A stretch of DNA of 56,784 nt, the filler included, from Dugesia japonica (lineage: Eukaryota), in the NCBI GenBank assembly GCA_001938525.1. It is 3 parts of 3 records of this genome, joined end to end, with 100 filler letters (N's around TTAATTAATTAA, not from the genome) between each part and the next. Parts side by side here need not be neighbours in the genome. Positions count along the whole stretch, not along the records: positions 25,368 to 46,654 come from MQRL01643597.1; positions 46,755 to 56,784 come from MQRL01181097.1; 1 more part is not named here. One strand, written 5' to 3'. The translations under genes were made by a program, and so were the position numbers. This document shows, in pieces, positions 39,738 through 51,397 of this stretch; the stretch's first letter is position 1; every line of letters starts with the position of its first letter. The notes under the pieces are model-generated. The model saw only the letters and a program-made list of their open reading frames with translations. It did not search any database and was not told where the DNA came from.

Positions 39738-40615
39738 NNNNNNNNNNNNNNNNNNNNNNNNNNNNNNNAATCAACAGTTATTATATAAGAAATGTTAGCA
39801 AAGTAAATTTGCAATAAAAGAAGATCCTAGACAAGCGTCTGTGTCAGTTAGCTTGGGTAGTAAAGAAGCCATATTTCACGTTTCATTTCCCAATAGTATT
39901 GTAATAATCGTGTTTAGTAGCACAATTTCCATTATGGTGCGAGATCTGCTAGCCATGATATGGATTTATTTATTTAAAATAATAATAAATTTTCAAAGGA
40001 TTCAACACAAATCCGCTCCAAATATATTTCTCTCTGTAAACCACCCTATGATGTGTGTAAGTATAGAAGTTAGTAGAAAGGTGAAATACTTGAATAAATA
40101 GTTTGCACATCTAAAAAACACTTACCAAAATTTTAATTTCTTTGCACATAACATTGAAAATTTTTTTTATGGATTTGCAAATATGATAAAAAGATTAATA
40201 AATATATTTATTTATTAATAAGATTATTGGTTGTCTTTTTACTATTTTGTAAACAAGAATGTTTTTTAGGTTTTTAATTTTTGCTTAAATGAATGACATT
40301 TACCCATACAAATTTTGTTCTAGCCACTTAAGTAGTCTTATTTTTATGGTAAAGGGGTCAAAATTTGCACTGATTTAGTGATAACTAGTTAAATTACATA
40401 AACCAAAAATATCATATGCTCCGCTTAAGCAATCTCACCTGTATATAGTAATTCAAATTAATTCAAAATTAATTACACAATTTCAAAAGAAAACAGTAAA
40501 AACTATTTGAAATTTGTATTTTTAAATTTTTATAAATTTAGTTCAACAAAGTTGTTTAATTTTATATATTTCATGCAATTTTTGTGAAAAAATAGTAATT
40601 TAAATTTTATTTCAG

Positions 40616-40699
40616 GATAATCTTGATGAAAAGATATCCGCACTGGAAAATGAGTTAGTCACACTTAAAGAAAATATCAAAAACATGTTAGAAAACCCG
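40616..40699 (+). CDS. Orphan gene exon 2
   Basis: tttcag| DNLDEKISALENELVTLKENIKNMLENP |gtaaat; 84 bp, phase 0/0. Not in the ORF track. Confidence 0.75.
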
Positions 40700-42359
40700 G
40701 TAAATTATTATACAAAATTATTATTATTAATATTCTAAAATATACAAATAACTTTTGAGGTTAAATATTTTTAATTAGATACCCTAGATGGAATATTAAT
40801 TGATTGAACAATGATTTTATTATGGTAAAATATAATCATAAACTATTCGAAAATAATTCTGTGAAAGATTACTAAAGTTTTTCTCAAAATATTACAATTA
40901 ATGCTGTACCTAGTTGAGTTAGCATTGTGGTGTTCCAAGAGTACGTGGTAATACCAGAATTTTTGGCATTTAAATTTAAAGCGTGGTACATTCACGGAAT
41001 CTAAGATTTAGGTGGAATGTGGTCAAAGACTATTATATGGCTTATATATTATAATTGTGACGACTTATGTAAAAAATAGATTTGTTTTGTGATTTATTTA
41101 GATTGTGCTAAATACGAAAGTTGGGATTACCCTACTATAAAGACCCATTCAGCAATTCTCCTTAATTCTTACACGTATATAATTGGGAATCTCTACTGGT
41201 TTTTAATTTATCACTCATTACATTCATTGGAATAAATAAGATTTTGTACATCTGAAATACAATTTAACGTTTCATTAACTATAACTGTGAGTTTTTTTTG
41301 AAAAGCGAGTTGAAAGTTTTGTGCTTTGATTGGAAATTATTTTTTTTTAAATCTTTTATTTAAAAATTGAAATTCGAAAATTAATCAAGAAATTAAAGTA
41401 AATTAAATTAGAAATTTTGTACAAAATTATGTGTAGTTAAAGATTAATTCAAATATTTTTATACACAATTTATTGTAAATTTTTAGAAACTACAATTTTG
41501 TTTTAAAATTTTGAAAATTTAAAATGATATGTTAATAGCGAATGATTGTTTGTTTTAAAATTTGGGAAATTAAAGATAAATGCTACAGTTTTCTTTGGAA
41601 TCAATATTCACCATAGCTTCTTGCTGTTAGAGTTTCCTTTAATTCTTTCGCCAACATCGGTAAATTTTATTATTTGATTTGCTACTTGATAATCTCTCAA
41701 CCAGATTTTCAACATTGCTTTAGTATATTATTGAAATTCTGCAGAATAAATCCTCTTGACAAATTCATGTTTTCGATCATACTAGTGCGATTTTCAAAGT
41801 AGAATTTCTGTCATCGTCAATTAGGTTCTTTACAACAAGTCTAAAACTTTATACTTCCATTTTTCCACAGTATTTGAATAGAACTGTAAAGTTGAAGCAA
41901 CACAAAATTTCCTAATTTCAGGGATTAATACAGAAAATATAATATAAATATAAACTGTACTTTTATTTAAAAAAATTTAGTTTTGTAAATATGATGCTGA
42001 AACAAGTAACTAGAACTTGGACTGATTCAAAGCTAGACAAGCAAAAAATTTCTAATGTTTTACATAGAAATGAGAGTGTTTTTTGTCGTTTCAATTGGGG
42101 TAAAAAACAAAGTAATCTCACGTGAATACCGTATTCAATCATATTATAATGAATTGAGAAACAAATTAATTTAATTCATCTATTAAAATTGATTTATAAG
42201 TAAAGGAATATTCATAANNNNNNNNNNNNNNNNNNNNNNNNNNNNNNNNNNNNNNNNNNNNNNNNNNNNNNNNNNNNNNNNNNNNNNNNNNNNNNNNNNN
42301 NNNNNNNNNNNNNNNNNNNNNNNNNNNNNNNNNNNNNNNNNNNNNNNNNNNNNNNNNNN

Positions 42360-43135
42360 AATTTGTTTGACAATGGCGTTATTAGAAAGTTTAATTCTCA
42401 ATGGAACACTCCGTTAATATGTGTTTGGAAGAAAGAAAGGAAAGACATTAGATTATGTCTAGATTTTAGAAAACTGAATGCTATCACAGAAAGACAGGAA
42501 TTTCCGATGCATAATATAGAGGGAATCCTAGAGAATTTGAGTGGTTCAAGATATTTTAGTATTATTGATTAGGGTAATGTATACTATCAAGTTCGGTTAT
42601 ATAAAAATTCACAAGGGAAAACAGTATTTTCTATGAAAATGAACAGTATTGTTTCACAAGAATACCTTTTGATATAGCTGCAGCACCTGAAACGTTTCAA
42701 GAATTAATGACAAAAGTATTAGGAAGATTGAGAGGAACGATGGTATACATGGATTATATATTGATATTTTCATAAAATTTAGAGCAGCACTATAAAATTC
42801 TAGACCAAGTTTTTAAAAGAATTAAAGAATCAGAGTTGAGAATTAATCCGAAAAATGCCATTTATTGCGAGCAGAAGTCAAACTTTAGGACATGTCATGG
42901 ACAAGAATGGAGTTAGAACTGATCCAACAAAAATTGAAGCGATAAAAAATTTCGGAAGACCTAAATGTGTGAAAAACTTGAGAAGCTTTTTAGGAATATG
43001 CCATTACTATAGAAGGTTTATCAATTACTCAAAGAAAGCTAGAAGCTTGAAAGAGCTATATGGAAGTAATATTAATAATACAAGACTTGTGTGGTCTGAA
43101 AACTGTGTCAAGATGTTCGAGTTGATTAATATAAG
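42360..43135 (+). mobile_element. Ty3/Gypsy RT-RNase H fragment (same family as 3400-3840 and 22245-22900)
   Basis: 'WNTPLICVWKKERKDIRLCLDFRKLN', 'LRSFLGICHYYRRFI'. Confidence 0.9.
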
Positions 43136-43194
43136 AAATTACAGGAAAGATTTTCTTTCTAGAAAAATAATGATGAATTGACAGAAAATCTAAA

Positions 43195-43335
43195 GAGATT
43201 ACTAAATGTCATCAACCAAATTCTATTGATTTAAAAAGCGCATTTTCAGTGGCTAATAATTTCCGTATTAAAATTCCATCAAAGTTATCAGATAAATCAT
43301 TTTGCACTGTTTTATTTTATAAAGTATTACTTTAA
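43195..43335 (+). pseudogene. hAT transposase dimerisation-domain fragment
   Basis: 'QPNSIDLKSAFSVANNFRIKIPSKLSDKS' parallels the motif at 34178-34369. Confidence 0.65.
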
Positions 43336-43878
43336 TAATTAGAATGTCTAAATAAATTTTGAAAAAACTATCTTGAAATGATTTATTTTACATATATTGT
43401 ACTTACGGTGCTAATGCATTTGAAATTTCAATGCTTGAAAAAATATCGACTTCGAGCTCAGACCTAAAAGACCTTCAAACTATAAAATCTTCCTATACTC
43501 TTTAAACAATTACATAACAAGTTTTCACATTGTAAGGTTGTTTACCAAAATAGAATAGAGATTGTTTTCTATTCATAGTAACAGATTATTTTTTAATGAA
43601 TTTAACTTTTCTTGTTCTATTTCAAAACATTTGTTTTCTATATCACTTATATACAAATCAGAAGCCATTTGTTTTTCTCTTTACTAGTTTTTATTATTAA
43701 ATTATACAGTCTGTTCTAGGTAATGGTTGATCATTGACAATATTCTATTTATAATAGTATTTATAGTTAATATTAAAATGATTGATTGTTTATCTTTTTG
43801 TCGGTACTCTCTTTGATTTGAAAAAGATATATGAAATAGTTTTCAATAAAGGTTAAATATTTATTAATTATTCTACAC

Positions 43879-44323
43879 CAGGAGTCGGCAACGTGATGCC
43901 CGCGAGACAATTTTAAAGTGCCTGTATTCAAATATCTAAAAACTAGTAAATATTCATAGATGTAATAGAAATTTTAGTAAAGTCGTAAAAATTGAATAAA
44001 ATGATTTTAACTTCTCTATTTTAACAATTGTACAATTTAAGTAAAATGTTTAATGACATTAAATTTTGACTAAGGACTCAATTAAAGTTTTCGACTATTA
44101 GATACATCTGTTTGTGCATTTACTAAACTAAATATTTTCTTTTCCCATAATCCTCATTTCGTATACGAGAAGAGTGAGGATGTAAAATAAAGTGATCATA
44201 CGACATAGCCTGTGTTCCTGTGTAGTACAAAGTGATAGTTTTCCAGGGATATGCTTTTTGTGCCCGCTGAAATTTTATATTTCAGAAATATGCCCGACCA
44301 CTAAAAAAGGTTGCCGACCCCTG
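43879..44323. mobile_element. hAT (Charlie/Buster-type) MITE
   Basis: TIR CAGGAGTCGGCAAC / GTTGCCGACCCCTG; TSD ttctacac/tactacat with central TA. Confidence 0.88.
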
Positions 44324-44933
44324 TACTACATTCATAAAAATTTGCGGCTCCAATTATTTGTATGTATTTATTATATCTAAATTTTATCCATTGAAAATTA
44401 CATTTTTAAAAATCCTATTAAAGTTGTCGAGTACAGTATATTCNTAATCAGATAAATCAACCGCTGCATTATTAACACTATGGTGCATAAAATGGGTATT
44501 TTCAATCCATTGTGAATTTTTATTTGTATTATTGTTCAATTTGTGATTACCAATTTAGTAAGAAAATTAACAAATATTTTTGTGGTAATAAATAAAAGCT
44601 TTAGTTTAGATTTTGTGATATTTTTCAAATGTTGAAAGTTCGGTACTTTTCATTCATGGTACATTCTTTTATCTTAGGGTTAAAATAGCCCATATTTATT
44701 TCAAATAAAAAATTAATTAAAATTTTCTATTNNNNNNNNNNNNNNNNNNNNNNNNNNNNNNNNNNNNNNNNNNNNTTTTTAAATTAAAATTTAATGTTTA
44801 AATAAATATTTTACTTTTCAATTATTTTCTCAAAACCAATTTAAAATTTTGAATTATTGTGTTGTAACATAATTTTCCGCGATTTTATTGTTTTTATTGT
44901 AAATTCAAAATTTTTATTATTGAAAAGTGACAT

Positions 44934-45545
44934 TTATTTGAAAATCTCATTTTGTGCTTTACAAAATCTCATAAATATTTTTATGTCAGTAAATTTTTTT
45001 AAATCATCTAGATTTTGTAATTCCAGGTAGATGAAAAACAATTTAGACAACGCCAGATCACACACAACAATGAATATCAAAGCTATTCTAAGGAGCTCCA
45101 ACCGGTGTTTCTTCAACACCCTCCGTATTCTCTAGACCAAGTTCCAACAGATTACCATATTTTGTGTTGATTGTCGAATCAAATTAAGTCTATTACCTTT
45201 TTACAAAAGCGTCTCAACAATTTTTTCGAGATCAGGCCTTAATAATTCTGGTGAAATGGTATCGACAGTAAAGTGGATAGGTGGAAGCAAGTCATAAATA
45301 ATGACAGAGATTAAATTATTGATTAACTTGTTATTATTGTAAAAAGAATGGTTCTAAATAANNNNNNNNNNNNNNNNNNNNNNNNNNNNNNNNNNNNNNN
45401 NNNNNNNNNNNNNNNNNNNNNNNNNNNNNNNNNNNNNNNNNNNNNNNNNNTTTTTTTGGACTTCGATCTCATTCCCGCACTTAAAAATTTCAAGTTAACC
45501 CGTGGAATAGGTTTATGTAGAAATGAATTCCAAGGGTTAAATGAA
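44934..45545 (-). pseudogene. Probable Penelope-like reverse transcriptase relic
   Basis: 'LHKPIP' (cf. PKxHKP), then 'LIRQSTQN', 'LALSKLFFIYLE' (cf. P.LANLFM.YLE) and 'IFMRF' (just before the expected YxDD, which is lost). Confidence 0.5.
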
Positions 45546-46139
45546 ATTTAGGAATTAATTTATGTTGTTTAATTCCGTTGAGACCTAATTTTTGATTTCT
45601 TAATAGCAAATTAATTTGTTGTTGACGGGCCACATCATCAGTTTAACTCAAATGCGTGAAGCATGTAAAAATGGTAGACCTCAGGTGGTGCATCACTGAT
45701 ATTATGGGCACTATTTAATTTCTAAAATTTAATATAGCACTGTTAAAGTGCTACAGCACATAAAACTGCAGCCAGCATTGTATATACTAGCATTCTTGCT
45801 ATAAGTTAAATATCTATTCACATGTGAATATTTTTGTTAAATTATCAGTTTAAGTGAAAGTCAAAAATTTTAATTTATAATTTAATTTAATAAAATTTAA
45901 TTATTCTATTTTGATTTGGAAGATGCATATTTCATCCTAGAGCAAATTGATTCGAAATTGTTCTTGAAAAATATTTCAATATCAAATATTGTTAATTATT
46001 TGAAATATAAAAATAATTTCAAAAATTATGAAATTCCTGTACGGAACATTTAGCATATTGATTGAAATACATCTTTCCAATATTTCTGTTGATATTTATA
46101 TAAAAATTTAATATTGATATAATTTCATTAATCTATTAG

Positions 46140-46352
46140 GTGGAAAGCAAAGCACTTTTAGTAAGAAAAAAAGATTGGTTAACATTTAAATCTTTAGAAT
46201 TAGAACATATGTTTGATGATACAGGATACAAATTTGAAATGTTGGAAAAGAAACACAAAGCCATGCACGAAGCATTGAAAAATATTGAATCAGTAAAAAC
46301 CGATATGAAAAAAATAGTTAAATATCGAGCTGTATTAAACAAATTACAGAAT
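46140..46352 (+). CDS. Orphan gene exon 3
   Basis: tattag|GTG...AAT|gtaagt; 213 bp, phase 0/0, helical charged sequence. Confidence 0.75.
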
Positions 46353-47867
46353 GTAAGTTTCTTTCAAATTTTTATAGATGTTGAATTATAACCAATAAAA
46401 CAGCTAATCAAAAACAGAAAAATTAATATTCTTTGTTATACTTTCTTGCGTATCAATAAATTAAAAAGAATCGATCAAAATGTTTTTTTGTTATTATTAG
46501 TAATACAATATTTTTGTTTTATTAAGGTATGATTACCTATTACCACATGTACACAAAGTATGAATTCAGTAAATATATGCTTTAGATAAAATTATATTTA
46601 TCAAATATGTACATTTACTAGTCACGCACATATTAGATTATATATATATATATANNNNNNNNNNNNNNNNNNNNNNNNNNNNNNNNNNNNNNNNNNNNTT
46701 AATTAATTAANNNNNNNNNNNNNNNNNNNNNNNNNNNNNNNNNNNNNNNNNNNNAGCTTAGAAATATAATAATTTTTATTTAAAATTTGGGCGCAATTAC
46801 TTATAATTTATTATATTAACGGTGAGATTGGGGGGGGGGTACTGTACAAGTGCTCAAATATCTTAGTAAGCCAATACATTTAAAATTTATTAAAAAATAT
46901 GGAACTGAGTAATTTTCAATATATAAGCTTGAAATAAAAAGGAAACAATTCTCTAAACAAAGTAAAAAATTTGATATTCAAACTGTTAATGCATTAATAA
47001 AAATTTTTTTAATTATTTACGCAAGTTTGATTTCTAATTATAAAATATTAAAACTATTAAAATTACAATGAAAACTTGAATTTACTTTGATCCATATGTA
47101 CTAGTTNNNNNNNNNNNNNNNNNNNNNNNNNNNNNNNNNNNNNNNNNNNNNNNNNNAAATAATAATTTATTATATTAACGGTGGATGTTATTTAGTTATA
47201 ATAATAAATAAATAATAATATCCACAGATAACTGTCAAATGTTACCTGATAATATATTTCTCAATAATAACTTAATAATATAAGCAAAGTATTTAGAATA
47301 ATTACTAACTGTACAATTAAAAATAATATTCATCATAAATTAATATTTTAAAAATATAAATAATTTAAACAATGGAAATTATAGAAAAATTTAATTTTAA
47401 TATTTCATTATATATATNAAGTTTTTTTTAATGATTTTTATGCAAAGTGTATATTATTCATGTATATAAAGTACTATATAAAAAATTTTAAATGATCATA
47501 AATTTTAGCGAGATTGTTGATACAATGTATAAACTATTTGAGTAACAAAGTTTTTGAAATAAATATTTTCATTGAGTTGATTGAATATAGAGATATAGTG
47601 ACGGCCTGTACCCCCGCTGAAGTAAGAATATTAACTTAATCCTTTTTTAAGTTAAGACTTCTTTATGAACCTCTTTAAGAACCTGTATACTTTTTCTGAT
47701 TATACAATTGGGGAGATTTTCCCTGTGCATTTAGCTGGGAATTTTTTTTGACTTAATCAGATTATGTAATTAGGTTTATTAATTATAAAATAATTAGCAA
47801 TTTTAAAAAAAAATTTTGACTTCAAGTAAAATTAGATAATATTATCTCGCTCTTTTTTGTCCTCTCA

Positions 47868-48360
47868 CTAATTTTCTACTTTTTCATCCGTTTTGCTGTT
47901 AACCTTTCGCATAAGCTGATATCCTAAAATCTTCTGCATATCTATTCCTCCGATCAGATCTGGTGTGACTCTTTCAGCAACTAAGAAAGTAATCTCTTTG
48001 CGAACTTCATCAATTATCAATCCAACTTTAACTTTTCCAACAATTTCAAGAGTACTATTATTTGCACAACGCAATCTTTCATCACTCATTTCTAAATGCA
48101 TTTCTCGTAAATTATTAAAACAACTCAGATTCATCAGGTTAATTCTACCCAATGCATCTAATAAACATTCTAATTCATTTCCATTAAATTGATACCGTAA
48201 CACTTGGTCTGCCTTTTAATTTATGGTACGAAATATTTGTTTTCTGTTCTGATTCAATTGTTCTACTTTTCTTTCATCAGCAAAATTTTCCCTCTTTAAG
48301 AACTTGTATACTTTTTCTGTAACTTTTCCTAAATCATCCCACTCTTGGACCCTTTGAGGA
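47868..48360 (-). mobile_element. Ty3/Gypsy gag-end/protease fragment
   Basis: 'ECLLDALGRINLM..ERLRCANNS..DLIGGID' is paralogous to 2927-3283 and 23142-23444. Confidence 0.85.
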
Positions 48361-48672
48361 TAAATACTAACTACATTTAACTATATTTATATTTTATTTA
48401 ACACGCATTATTTATACATTATTGTCATCAATAATTATTATATTTAAAATCATTAATGTCAATAGATACTAAATTGCAACACATAAAATTAGGATTAGTC
48501 CACCAAAACAATCTTAAAATACCCAACATCTCGAATCTTCCTAAACTGTCTTTCAATTTGTCTGTTTGTAGTTTGATGATAGAGGTTCAAAAAGCAAAGT
48601 TTTTATTTGAAAGCAAACATTTATTTCATCATTTAAACTAAATTCATCGTATTCTTTTTCTTTTCTTCTCAG

Positions 48673-48684
48673 ATTGACAAATGA
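48673..48684 (+). CDS. Possible terminal micro-exon of the orphan gene (IDK*)
   Basis: Strong polypyrimidine acceptor ttttcttttcttctcag|ATTGACAAATGA, with AATAAA ~18 nt downstream. Confidence 0.45.
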   Translation: MDK

Positions 48685-48750
48685 GGTCATCAATTCGATA
48701 AAATAAAGCGTTTATATATGTATTATTTATTTTATAAGAATCGACTTTTA

Positions 48751-48918
48751 AATTGACTCTAAAAGTCAATTCCTGACAAATACAAAGTCGAAATATAGAA
48801 TTGTTATCAAAAACCAAAAATAAAAATTTTGATCGAAGCTTTTATNTTGATGAATTCTGAAAAACGATCAATTTAATTACGCCCAACAATTATTCTCGCA
48901 ATAATTGTAATTGTAAAA
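48751..48918 (+). ncRNA. Hammerhead-ribozyme repeat, copy B (two core/stem mutations), full tail
   Basis: CAATTC-CTGACAA-A-TAC-AAA-GTC-GAA-ATAT-A-GAATTG. Confidence 0.75.
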
Positions 48919-49174
48919 TTTTACATATATTTTTGAAATATTTCAAATATATTTTGAAACTTTTTAAATATATTTCTGCAAAAACCTGTAAACAAAAAAT
49001 CTTTTAAATTACAGTAATATTTTTCGAAATATTTATATTACCGAATTTTTAAAATAGTAAAAACTTATTAAAAAATTATTTAAAAAAATATCGTATGAGT
49101 ATTTTTCTTAGAAAATCGATATTTTTAAATATAAAATTTAATAATAAAACAATTGTGATAGTAAATAAACCTTA

Positions 49175-49330
49175 GGGACCATCCATTAAGGATGTCCCCA
49201 AAAAGTTAGCACTTTTTGACTCCCCATCCTCCTTGTCCCTTTATGTCCATTTCCAAGATCCCTCATATTCCCCACGTGTCCCCTTGTTGGAAACTACCCT
49301 TCCGAGGGGACATCCTTAATGGATGGTAAG
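49175..49330. mobile_element. PIF/Harbinger (Tourist-like) MITE
   Basis: 22-bp perfect inverted repeat ACCATCCATTAAGGATGTCCCC (49178-49199 / 49306-49327); TTA on both sides. Confidence 0.88.
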
Positions 49331-49538
49331 TTATGGCAAATTTTAAAGTTCTCAATTTAACTAATTATTATTATAATTATTATTATTTTTATAATCATTT
49401 CAATTAACACAAAAAGTTGTACCCACACACAGGTAAAATAACTAAAATAAAACATTTAGCTACAAAATATATTGATACTAAATTAGCGAAAGTCGGCAAC
49501 GTCAACATTAATTTTATTTGTTGCCGCCATGTCATCTA

Positions 49539-49949
49539 TCATATGTTATTTTTTGGTCCAAGTTTATCAGTATCTTCTCTCGATTCATGGAATAATGTTT
49601 CGTTTTCAAATATTGTCAAGTTCAACCTTTCNNNNNNNNNNNNNNNNNNNNCAGAGTTCCATTTGGGATTTAAAATATCTTCGAGTGAAAAGGCGCAAAT
49701 AATCATTCGCATATTTCTTGGGATTATTCCAGTAGAATACTTAACTTTTATTAGCCTATTACAAGCTGTATTTGTTAAGTTTAATAATCTTTCTAGGCCC
49801 CACTTCGATAAATCAATCATGTCAACAACTATTCCGTCATATAAGAATTTATTTGGCCCCAACTTTCCAAAGTCCTCCTGTATCGTTACATACAGGGCTT
49901 TTTGAAAATGGGACAATGCGTAATTGGTTTTTCCAATTCCTAAATTCAC
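49539..49949 (-). CDS. SF3 helicase domain resembling CRESS-DNA virus Rep (endogenous viral element or domesticated exon)
   Basis: Walker A 'GIGKTNYALSHF', Walker B 'YDGIVVDM', B' 'VKYSTGIIP', motif C position 'MIICAF', Arg-finger-like 'ERLNL'. Confidence 0.7.
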   Translation of the reverse strand: MNLGIGKTNYALSHFQKALYVTIQEDFGKLGPNKFLYDGIVVDMIDLSKWGLERLLNLTNTACNRLIKVKYSTGIIPRNMRMIICAFSLEDILNPKWNSXXXXXXXERLNLTIFENETLFHESREDTDKLGPKNNI

Positions 49950-50041
49950 TTTTAATAATGTTTACAATAATTAATATTTAATTACATAACAATTGTTAGA
50001 TAAGTAATAATAAATATAATAAGAAATAATTATTTAAAAAT

Positions 50042-50197
50042 CAATTCCTGACGAAGACAAGGTCGAAATATTGAATTGTTATTCAATATCAATAAAAAAA
50101 CCAAAATTTTGATCAAAGCTTTTATATTAAATGAATTCTATTAAACGAACAATGGTTATGTCCAACAATTATTCTAGCAATAATTGCAATTGTAAAA
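50042..50197 (+). ncRNA. Hammerhead-ribozyme repeat, copy C (intact core)
   Basis: CAATTC-CTGACGA-A-GAC-AAG-GTC-GAA-ATAT-T-GAATTG: 6-bp stem I, 3-bp stem II, palindromic stem III. Predicted cleavage after 50072. Confidence 0.85.
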
Positions 50198-50816
50198 CAA
50201 ATAATTATTTATTTAATTAATAGTGTTGGATAATAAATATATACTTAATAAATTTAAATAATCAAAGAAAAACTGCAATTTTTAATAAAAACTCTTAAAC
50301 GACATTTCAATACATATTTTTGTATAACATGTTTTGAGATACATATGTAATCTAAATATACAATATTTAACCATTTTNNNNNNNNNNNNNNNNNNNNNNN
50401 NNNNNNNNTATTAATTGTGCAATCTCTCAAATAAATCAAATACATTGAATAAAAATTCAAAAACCTGATGAACATTCAGTTCTGGATCAATTTATCTGAT
50501 CACCAATCATTCATATATAACTCTCCAAAAAATCTTTAAAGTTTCTGCACAAAATTTTAAAATGATATCTATTAATAACTGATTTACAACTAATATTATA
50601 TCCAACCATATTACTCNCATCACCAAGTTGACGGAAGTTTCTCAAATGTATGTGGCATTACACATTCATTCATATTTATAAACGTCAGAACACATAGTAT
50701 GGGTGTATTTTTGGCTTATTACTATACATCTTTATGATTTTATAAGACTGCGAAACCACTTTAAAATTTAAAGAGTTATTTCTATATAAAGTAACCCACT
50801 CTTAAATTATTTAAAT

Positions 50817-51316
50817 CAGGAGTGGGCAATATTATATATCTTACGGGCCAAAATTAGGTCTATTTTACACTGGCGAGTCACATGGCGACTTTCAATAAAA
50901 TCGGGATTAGATATATTATATATTTGATACCACTTATTTACATAAATATTTTATTGTGCAGATCTAAGAGTTGACATTAAAATTTTATTTAATGTTTTTA
51001 AATAAAGAAATATTATCTGGTTTAACAAAAAATGTGTCAAATTAACTTTCACAAGCATCTATATATACGAACAAATAGACGTAAATTTTTATATAAAAAT
51101 ATTTTTCATGTTCCTGAAGAAGACTATTGTCGAAAATTTGAACTTGTTTTACAAATAAATTTTGTTTTGTTTTGATCGAAGCCTTATCTTATTTTAATGA
51201 AATATTTTTCATTCCTAATATATTATAAAATGTAATCTGTAAAGGAAATAATTGAAAATATTAAGAGATTTCGCGGTAAGAAAGAAATATGTTAAGTGGT
51301 AGGTTGCCGACGTCTG
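50817..51316. mobile_element. hAT (Charlie/Buster-type) MITE carrying a hammerhead repeat insertion
   Basis: TIR CAGGAGTGGGCAA / TTGCCGACGTCTG; TSD atttaaat/gtttatat. Confidence 0.7.
51110..51205 (+). ncRNA. Hammerhead-ribozyme repeat, copy D (intact core, second subfamily)
   Basis: GTTC-CTGAAGA-A-GAC-TATT-GTC-GAA-AATT-T-GAAC. Confidence 0.85.
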
Positions 51317-51397
51317 GTTTATATCCTTCAGAATACGAAACAGTTAATACGTAACTAAACTTCAATATTTTATCTGGATCTTTGATAATACTTTTAT

